A DNA stretch of 14,707 bases from a candidate division WOR-3 bacterium (lineage in GTDB: Bacteria > Hydrothermota > UBA3072 > B12-G15), in assembly GCA_965649055.1 (NCBI GenBank), contig CBFGJG010000046.1, positions 1-14,707 of the forward strand, read 5' to 3'. The stretch's first letter is position 1. Every line of letters starts with the position of its first letter. The position numbers were made by a program, and so were the translations under genes. Positions 8,453 through 14,707 of this stretch are shown here, piece by piece. The notes beneath the pieces were generated by a model. The model saw only the letters and a program-made list of their open reading frames with translations. It was not told the DNA's origin and searched no databases.

Positions 8453-9483
8453 CCTTCACCTCTCAATGTAAGGCCTAATGGTAATGCTATTATGGGTCCC
8501 AATTTTCTTAAATCTTCTTCATAGGCGTTGGGGGCAATTTCAAATTTCTTAAGTGGGTCTATTATTTCCACATTGATTCCAAATCTCTGGTAAAGAAAAT
8601 CATTAAGATTTGATATAAGAGCCCCACCTCCACTCAATATAATCTTGTCAAGTTTATCAAATCCTTCAGGAAGATATGGGAGAACCCTTTCAATTGCTAC
8701 TGCAATATCATCAAGGAATGACTGAAACGCATTCTTAAATGCAAACTGGTCAACATCTTCGGTTGATTTTCCTATTATCATATTTAAAGCCCTTTCCCTG
8801 TTAACCCCTAATTCCCTTTGAATTGCCTGAATTAATGTGTTTACAGCAGTGGTAACTTCCCTTGTGAAATGGTTTATTGCTCCCTGAACGTAACTTATAC
8901 TTGTGAATTGAGCACCAATATGAATATGTCCAATCAGTGATTTAGAATCCGTCCCATAATTGTATTCGTAAATATTTTGAATAGCAAAGATAGGAATTTC
9001 AAATACTATCGGATTCAGACCTGCATCTCTTAAAAGCATAAGTCTTGAATCAACAGAATCTTTTTTAGCACCAACTAAAAGAACCTCCATCATATTTTCA
9101 CCAACATCAGGATTCAATATCTGAAAGTCAAGGATGACATCCTCGATTCCATATGGTATGTATTGTTCAGCCTCCCATTTTACCTGTTCAGCTGCTTCTG
9201 ATTCTTTCATTTTTGCCATCTTAATTTTTTTTACAATTACATCCCTCGAAGGAATAGATGCTATTATTTCGTTTTCTGAAATACCGGCTTTATCAAACAG
9301 TCTTTTGATAGTGTCAACAACTATTTCCTTATCCATAACTTCACCATCAACTATCACATGAGGTTCAATATGTTCCATTACAAATTTAGCCACTTTTGGC
9401 TTTTTGGGAAAACCTTCCACTGCTATAATTTTAATTAAAGAACTACCAATATCTACACCAACTGTTAATCTTTTTCTCGGCAT
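8449..9483 (-). CDS. pilM: Type IV pilus assembly protein PilM (actin/FtsA-like)
   Basis: VGVDIGSSLIK, WEAEQYIPY, LDFQIL, VLLVGAKK, IILSGGGA, and C-terminal GLTLR. Confidence 0.93.
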   Translation of the reverse strand: MPRKRLTVGVDIGSSLIKIIAVEGFPKKPKVAKFVMEHIEPHVIVDGEVMDKEIVVDTIKRLFDKAGISENEIIASIPSRDVIVKKIKMAKMKESEAAEQVKWEAEQYIPYGIEDVILDFQILNPDVGENMMEVLLVGAKKDSVDSRLMLLRDAGLNPIVFEIPIFAIQNIYEYNYGTDSKSLIGHIHIGAQFTSISYVQGAINHFTREVTTAVNTLIQAIQRELGVNRERALNMIIGKSTEDVDQFAFKNAFQSFLDDIAVAIERVLPYLPEGFDKLDKIILSGGGALISNLNDFLYQRFGINVEIIDPLKKFEIAPNAYEEDLRKLGPIIALPLGLTLRGEG

Positions 9484-9504
9484 TTCTCACCCCACATTTT
9501 TTTT

Positions 9505-9533
9505 AATATAAATAAAAATCAATGATTTGTCAA
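9505..9533 (-). promoter_or_regulatory. sigma70-type promoter of the pilMNOPQ operon
   Basis: Minus-strand TTGACA (9533-9528), 17-nt spacer, TATATT (9510-9505); A-tracts upstream; SD GGGGTG at 9493-9488. Confidence 0.75.
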
Positions 9534-9566
9534 CTATTTTTTTATTTTTTTGTTTAATATTTATCA

Positions 9567-9974
9567 TCATTTTATTATCAAAAATGGAATATCCAGTTTA
9601 ATTTTTATTATCTCTTCTAACTCACTTTCATTTGGCTCACAAAATATTACAATATCAGGTTCTAATGAGTTTAATATAATACCCATTTCTTCAGAACCAT
9701 TAAAAATTTTTGTTTTTAAATTTATATTCAAATCTTTTGACTTGAAAAATTCTTCAATTTCGTATAACTCTTCGTATCTTTTTTGTATCTGTTCTTCTTC
9801 AACATTTTTCCTTTTTCTTCCTGTCTCGCTACAAATCTGTTCTATTATTTTTGAGTCGATAAGAGAAATAAAGAAATTTTTTGCTGAATTATTCCTGGCA
9901 AATTCAAAAATGATATCAAGGGTTTTCTGGGAAATTTTCTTTTCGAGTATAACAGAAACAATTTTTTTAAACAT
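9567..9974 (-). CDS. Degenerate universal stress protein (USP)-like protein
   Basis: 135 aa; MFKKIVSV start, beta strand FISLID, PDIVIF and terminal IPFLIIK match the USP pattern. The ATP-binding G-2x-G-9x-G(S/T) motif is absent. Starts 1 nt after the permease stop. Confidence 0.55.
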   Translation of the reverse strand: MFKKIVSVILEKKISQKTLDIIFEFARNNSAKNFFISLIDSKIIEQICSETGRKRKNVEEEQIQKRYEELYEIEEFFKSKDLNINLKTKIFNGSEEMGIILNSLEPDIVIFCEPNESELEEIIKIKLDIPFLIIK

Positions 9975-9975
9975 A

Positions 9976-11922
9976 CTAACCTGCCTTTTTAATCTGTAAT
10001 ATTAATAATAAGATGGAAAAGATAATCGTTATAAAAACTACAGGTAATCCATATTTCAGCCATTTAACAAATCCTATTGTTCTACCTTCTGATTTCTCAT
10101 AAACAGAAATTGCAACCATATTAGCACTCGAACCTATCATTGTAAGGTTCCCACCAAAACAACCGCCAAAAAGTAAACCCCACCAGAGAATAGAAGAGTG
10201 TGGCAAACCCATAGCCTGCATAGTTTTTACAATAGGAACCAGAGCAGCAATTATTGGAAGGTTATCAACAAAACCAGAAGCAATTGAAGTAAAAATTGTA
10301 ATAATTATCAGGGAAACAATTGTTATAGAAACATCTTTTGAAAAAATCGGTATATATATTTTTTGTGAAATGTTGAACAAAGAAAAAGCCATCTTTGTTG
10401 TAACTCCAGTATATTCAAGACATGCTGCTTTTGCGAAAAGAAACATAAAAAATATAATAGTCCACCAATCAACTCCTTCTTTGAAAAGAATTTTTCCGTA
10501 TGATTTTTCATAGAAAATAATAAAACCAGCAAAGGTCAAAGGTATTGCAACGAGAATTGTGTTTGGTAAAAGATTAAAAATATTATCAAATCTTTTTGAA
10601 AATCCAATCAATAGTATAACGACGAAAAAGATTATTATACCTAATTTTAATTTTTTCCTATCATTTACATTTTCATAAGGATTAATATTGAAATCAGGAA
10701 TCAGAATTTTTGAAGGTATTTTTTTTCTGAATACAATAAGCAGAAAAAAACTTACAAGAAACGTAAGAAATAAAGCAATAGGCGTTGCCCATCTCAAGAA
10801 ATCTTCTATAGTAAGTTTTGCTCCAAAAGCTATATAAATACCGATTGGGTTTCCAACCAATGTTAATGCAGAACCAATATTTGTAGCAAATACTATACTA
10901 ATAATAAAAGGAAAAGAAGGAAGACCAAGTTCTGAACAGAGTGACAAGGCAAGTGTTGATATTACAAGAATACCTGTAACTTCACCAGTTAATCCCCCAA
11001 GGATAACAGAAATAAAAACAAGTATTAAAAAAATTATTCTTGGTTTTGCACCAATTCTTTTTATTATATTTGCAATAAAAAAATTAAAGATTCCTATTTC
11101 TTCGAGCCAAGATATAATAATCATCATAGAGATTATAAAAAGAATAGTAGGAATATTCATAAATTCAACTGCAGAAATAAGGTCCATAGTTCCCGATATT
11201 AGCAAAATACCTAAAGCAATAGTTGAAATAGCAACACGATATTGCCAGAATAATAAAGTCCCTATTACAGTTGAAAAAAATACTACTGAAGCAACTATCT
11301 GTTTATTTATCCATTCTCTTTCGTTAAATTTTAAAATATTAAGTGAATTTGTAATTTCATTTTCAGGTATGTTCAATTTTGGTATAAGAATGCTAAACAA
11401 AATAAATGTAAAGATTATACTAAAAATAAACCAGATTGTTTTCTTGTTTTTTTCAAAGAAACTTTCCTTTTCCCTTCTTAAGAAAACTGACACTACTGAT
11501 GAAGAATCATTACATTTAAGAATTTTTTCAATAATATCTTTATCATGAAAAAAAGTCGCAACTTGAGAGAGAATCAAAAGGTATTCTTTCTTAAGTGATT
11601 CCGGTGCAAGTATTAGTATTATAATTTTAACAGGTTTGCCATCAATTGAATCGTAATCTATCCCATTTTTTTGAATAAGCAAAAAAACATAAATTTTATC
11701 GATTTCATTAAGTCTTATATGTGGAATTGCCAAATAATTACCAATACCAGTTGAACCTTTTTTTTCTCTTTCGAAAAGTTCGTTTAAAAATTTTTCTTTA
11801 TCTTTGATTATTCCTCTTTTTATAAGAACTTCAGCAAAAAAATTAAAAACTTCTTTTTTAGAGTTTATATTCTGATTTATAAATATATTACTTTTTTCTA
11901 TGTATTCTTCAAGATTTTTCAA
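9976..11922 (-). CDS. Fusion of an N-terminal PTS EIIA (Ntr/Fru/Mtl-type) domain and an ArsB/NhaD/CitM-type IT-superfamily permease
   Basis: Residues about 1-150 carry REKKGSTGIGNYLAIPH (His68) and YDSIDGKPVKII. The remainder is polytopic membrane protein with ATNIGSALTLVGNP, VDWWTIIFFMFLF, SGFVDNLP and GGNLTMIGSSAN. TTG start overlaps the small-subunit gene by 14 bp. Confidence 0.85.
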   Translation of the reverse strand: MKNLEEYIEKSNIFINQNINSKKEVFNFFAEVLIKRGIIKDKEKFLNELFEREKKGSTGIGNYLAIPHIRLNEIDKIYVFLLIQKNGIDYDSIDGKPVKIIILILAPESLKKEYLLILSQVATFFHDKDIIEKILKCNDSSSVVSVFLRREKESFFEKNKKTIWFIFSIIFTFILFSILIPKLNIPENEITNSLNILKFNEREWINKQIVASVVFFSTVIGTLLFWQYRVAISTIALGILLISGTMDLISAVEFMNIPTILFIISMMIIISWLEEIGIFNFFIANIIKRIGAKPRIIFLILVFISVILGGLTGEVTGILVISTLALSLCSELGLPSFPFIISIVFATNIGSALTLVGNPIGIYIAFGAKLTIEDFLRWATPIALFLTFLVSFFLLIVFRKKIPSKILIPDFNINPYENVNDRKKLKLGIIIFFVVILLIGFSKRFDNIFNLLPNTILVAIPLTFAGFIIFYEKSYGKILFKEGVDWWTIIFFMFLFAKAACLEYTGVTTKMAFSLFNISQKIYIPIFSKDVSITIVSLIIITIFTSIASGFVDNLPIIAALVPIVKTMQAMGLPHSSILWWGLLFGGCFGGNLTMIGSSANMVAISVYEKSEGRTIGFVKWLKYGLPVVFITIIFSILLLILQIKKAG

Positions 11923-12400
11923 GTAGTCTCTTCCTTGTATAAGCTATCAAACCTCCTGCATCGATGATACTCTGTCTTGTTTTTGGCAGTGGCTGAATTT
12001 CAAATTTCTTATTCTTTGTTTTATTAAAAACAAAACCATTTTGAATCTCAATATCATCACCCTCTTCAGCATCTATCTCTGGACAGATAATAATATTCAG
12101 ACCCAGATTTATTGCATTTTGTAGAAAAATTCTTGCAAAACTTTTTGCTATAACGACAAGTTCATGGCCTTTCAGGGTTGACGCGGCCTGTTCCCTTGAA
12201 GAACCACATCCAAAATTTTCACCCGCAACGATAATACTTCCTGGTGGTATTTCTTTATTGTTTAACTTTTTATTAAATTCTTTATTATCTGCAAAAGCAT
12301 ATTGAGGAGTCTCCGAAGGAAGCACGGTAGCCATATATCTTCCTGGGTAAATTATATCAGTAGAAATATCGTTCCCAAGTTTTAGAACAACCTTTGACAT
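11909..12400 (-). CDS. leuD: LeuD/HacB/DmdB-family hydro-lyase small (swivel) subunit; substrate uncertain, symbol is family-level
   Basis: [58 protein letters not shown]. Confidence 0.85.
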   Translation of the reverse strand: MSKVVLKLGNDISTDIIYPGRYMATVLPSETPQYAFADNKEFNKKLNNKEIPPGSIIVAGENFGCGSSREQAASTLKGHELVVIAKSFARIFLQNAINLGLNIIICPEIDAEEGDDIEIQNGFVFNKTKNKKFEIQPLPKTRQSIIDAGGLIAYTRKRLLEKS

Positions 12401-12409
12401 TTCTCCTCC

Positions 12410-13699
12410 TTATTTTATTTTTCTTGGGTCTGTTATTTCACCATTAATTGCACTTGCTGCTGCAACCGCCGGTGAACATAAATAAACTTCAGAGTTTGGA
12501 TTTCCCATTCTACCTTTAAAATTTCTGTTTGTGGTAGATAATGCAACTTCACCATCACCAAGAGCGCCTTGATGAACTCCAAGACAACAACCACAACCAG
12601 GATTCATTATCACGGCACCTGCATCAACAAGTATTCCGATGTATCCTTTCTTTAATGCATTTTTGTAAATCCTCCAGGAAGCTGGGAAAACAAGCATCCT
12701 AACACTTTTTGAAATTTTTTTCCCTTTCAATATATTTGCTGCTATTTCAATATCATCTAATCTTCCATTTGTGCAGGAACCAATAACAATCTGGTCTATC
12801 TTCTTACCCTCAACTTCATTAACCGGTTTAACATTATCTACAGAGTGTGGACAGGCAATCTGCGGAACAAGTTTTGAAGCATCAATTTCAACTATCGAAT
12901 CATAGATTGCATCATTATCTGGAATTATCCTTGTAATATTCTCTTTAACACCTGCTTCTTCTTTTAGATATCGTGCAGTTTCTTCATCAGCAGGAACAAT
13001 ACCTGATGTTGCTCCTGCTTCAACAGACATATTACAAAGAACAAGCCTTCCAGAAACATTCATATTTTTAATTGTATCACCATGGAATTCGAGAACCTTA
13101 AAATTAGCACCTTCAGCAGATATTTTCCCTATTAGATTTAGAATAATATCTTTTGGAAGAACATATTTGGGCAATTTACCAGAAACCACTACTTTTATTG
13201 TTGGTGGAACTTCTATGTTTAATGCAACTCCAAGTGCCCAGACGCTTGCCATCTCAGTAGCACCAATGCCAAAAGCAAATGCACCAAGTGCACCATGAGA
13301 AGTAGTATGACTATCAGTTCCGACTACAACATATCCTGGTCTCACATATCCAAATTCAGGCAAAATCTGATGACATATTCCACCTTCTATTGAATTTATA
13401 TCGTGAAAATTCTTTATTCCCTGTAATCTTGCAAATTCCCTGATCTTTTTCTGATTAGTTGCTGTCTTTGAACTTTCAGCTGGAACTCTGTGGTCGAAAA
13501 TTATAACAATCTTATTTGGGTCAAAAACTTTTGGTTCAAGATTTGTTCCCTTATAAATTTCAAGGAATTGATTTATTACAAGTGCTGCATTTTCATGAGA
13601 CATAGCTACATCTACTTTTGGTTCAACTACATCACCAACATTTACTTCGCTAAGATTAGAAGCCCTTGCAAGAATTTTTTCTACAACTGTTTTTCCCAT
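12410..13699 (-). CDS. leuC: LeuC/HacA/DmdA-family [4Fe-4S] hydro-lyase large subunit; substrate uncertain, symbol is family-level
   Basis: IFDHRVP, GICHQ, GTDSHT, NMSVEAGA, GSCTNGR, PGCGCCLG, STTNRNFKGRMG, YLCSPAVAAASA; 429 aa short (archaeal/HacA-like) type. Confidence 0.88.
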   Translation of the reverse strand: MGKTVVEKILARASNLSEVNVGDVVEPKVDVAMSHENAALVINQFLEIYKGTNLEPKVFDPNKIVIIFDHRVPAESSKTATNQKKIREFARLQGIKNFHDINSIEGGICHQILPEFGYVRPGYVVVGTDSHTTSHGALGAFAFGIGATEMASVWALGVALNIEVPPTIKVVVSGKLPKYVLPKDIILNLIGKISAEGANFKVLEFHGDTIKNMNVSGRLVLCNMSVEAGATSGIVPADEETARYLKEEAGVKENITRIIPDNDAIYDSIVEIDASKLVPQIACPHSVDNVKPVNEVEGKKIDQIVIGSCTNGRLDDIEIAANILKGKKISKSVRMLVFPASWRIYKNALKKGYIGILVDAGAVIMNPGCGCCLGVHQGALGDGEVALSTTNRNFKGRMGNPNSEVYLCSPAVAAASAINGEITDPRKIK

Positions 13700-13702
13700 T
13701 TT

Positions 13703-14617
13703 CTACTCCTTGTATTTTGTCTTTATCCTTTCTTTTGGAAGGTATTTTTCTTCTAACTTTCTATATTCAGAAAGACCAACAAAATCAGTAAACTCTTTAA
13801 AAGGTGTAATCCATTTTGTTTCACCTGCAAGTATGCCGGTAGGAGAATTCTTTAATGCTTTAAAGAATTCCATAAGTGCTTTATGCATTACCATTATCGA
13901 AGCAACAGGAATAGAAACCCTCCCAACTCCCATTTTTGCAAGTTCAGGTATTGGTATAAGTTCTGTCTTAACACCACTTACCGCATCCATTAAATTTACT
14001 GATATAGGACCTTTTACTTCTTTAACTGCTTTCTCTATATCTGCTTTAGTTTTTATTCCATCTATAAAAGCAAGGTCTGCACCATTTTCAAGATAGATAT
14101 TACATCTTCTTATTGCTTCATCAATACCATATATTGCATAACAATCCGTTCTTGCATTTATAACAAAATCTTTATCCATCCTGTCCCTTACATCTGCACA
14201 TGCTTTTATTTTTCCAGCCATCTCTTCTGCTGGAATGACTTCTTTTCCAGCCATATGTCCGCACCTTTTAGGGAAAACCTGATCTTCTATATTCATTCCT
14301 GCAACACCCATAGTAATCAATCTTTCTGTGATATATGCAGCGTTAATCGCATTACCACCACCGGTATCAATATCTGCCATAACTGGAATGTTTACAGCTT
14401 GAACAATATTCCATGTTAAATCAAGAATATCTTTCATCTGCACAAGACCAACATCAGGTTTTCCAAGAAGTGAACCTGCAAGACCAAATCCTGAAACCTG
14501 AATTGCTTCAAAACCGCAAGCTTCAATAATTTTAGCACTTAATGCATCATGGCATCCTGGAACAACAATCGCCCTTCTTTCCATTATTGCTTTCTTTAAA
14601 ATAGTAGTTTTTTTCAT
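13703..14617 (-). CDS. Isocitrate lyase/PEP mutase superfamily C-C lyase (methylisocitrate lyase / 2,3-dimethylmalate lyase-like)
   Basis: PGCHDALSA, SGFG, PDVG, ADIDTGGG, IEDQVFPKRCGH, INARTD, GADLAF; SD AAGGAGGA at 14628-14621. Confidence 0.88.
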   Translation of the reverse strand: MKKTTILKKAIMERRAIVVPGCHDALSAKIIEACGFEAIQVSGFGLAGSLLGKPDVGLVQMKDILDLTWNIVQAVNIPVMADIDTGGGNAINAAYITERLITMGVAGMNIEDQVFPKRCGHMAGKEVIPAEEMAGKIKACADVRDRMDKDFVINARTDCYAIYGIDEAIRRCNIYLENGADLAFIDGIKTKADIEKAVKEVKGPISVNLMDAVSGVKTELIPIPELAKMGVGRVSIPVASIMVMHKALMEFFKALKNSPTGILAGETKWITPFKEFTDFVGLSEYRKLEEKYLPKERIKTKYKE

Positions 14618-14626
14618 CTTTCCTCC

Positions 14627-14707
14627 TTAAAGTTTCTCTGCTATGGCTTTTGCCATTTCAATTGTTGTGTTATTCCCACCCATATCATATGTTCTAACTT
14701 TTCCTTC
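14627..14707 (-). CDS. Isocitrate/isopropylmalate (beta-decarboxylating) dehydrogenase family, C-terminal fragment
   Basis: Manual translation EGKVRTYDMGGNNTTIEMAKAIAEKL* matches the T-x-D-L/M-G-G-x-x-x-T-x-E C-terminus of IDH/IPMDH/tartrate dehydrogenase enzymes. Its TAA stop overlaps the SD of the lyase. Truncated by the window edge. Confidence 0.8.
   Translation of the reverse strand, partial: EGKVRTYDMGGNNTTIEMAKAIAEKL

Noticed and set aside
96..9483. Type II secretion system
   Set aside because: PilT, PilM/N/O and PilS/R are diagnostic of type IVa pili.
9561..9569. TGA TGA TAA as a sign of TGA recoding
   Set aside because: All genes translate full length in code 11, and TGA is used as a stop in ATGA overlaps (3884-3887, 6767-6770, 8449-8452).
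9976..11922. Sugar PTS permease or arsenite pump ArsB
   Set aside because: There is no EIIB/EIIC domain and no ars genes in the window; only superfamily-level similarity is supported.
5287..14096. Short + strand ORFs (5287-5610, 5630-5833, 5842-6063, 9134-9361, 9550-9999, 10323-10532 on -, 13490-13756, 13710-14096)
   Set aside because: They are antisense or alternate-frame shadows of conserved genes, with Ser/Ile/Phe-rich composition typical of reverse-strand translation.
13703..14617. PEP mutase or true isocitrate lyase
   Set aside because: The loop is EDQVFPKRCGH, not EDK-x4-x-NS or KKCGH, and the protein is only 304 aa.
1..14707. tRNA, rRNA, CRISPR, IS elements, riboswitches
   Set aside because: The only intergenic gaps are under 100 nt and AT-rich, and no repeat arrays, transposase motifs or stable hairpins were seen by eye.

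Overview
AT-rich bacterial window, almost entirely coding, with three blocks. (1) A + strand type IVa pilus operon pilT-pilC-pilS-pilR (96-5221). (2) A convergent - strand operon pilM-N-O-P-Q (5205-9483) whose 3' end overlaps pilR. Each pil operon is preceded by an identical TTGACA-N17-TATATT sigma70-type promoter, and neither pilA nor pilB is in the window. (3) A tightly coupled - strand operon (9567 to beyond 14707): a beta-decarboxylating dehydrogenase (only its C-terminus, missed by the ORF track), an isocitrate lyase/PEP mutase-family C-C lyase (KRCGH loop), a two-subunit LeuC/LeuD-type Fe-S hydro-lyase, an ArsB/NhaD/CitM-type (IT superfamily) permease with an N-terminal PTS EIIA domain, and a degenerate USP-like protein. 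Block 3 is the best candidate for an undescribed system: possibly phosphorylation-regulated uptake and branched catabolism of a di/tricarboxylic acid. No RNA genes, CRISPR arrays or mobile elements were seen.
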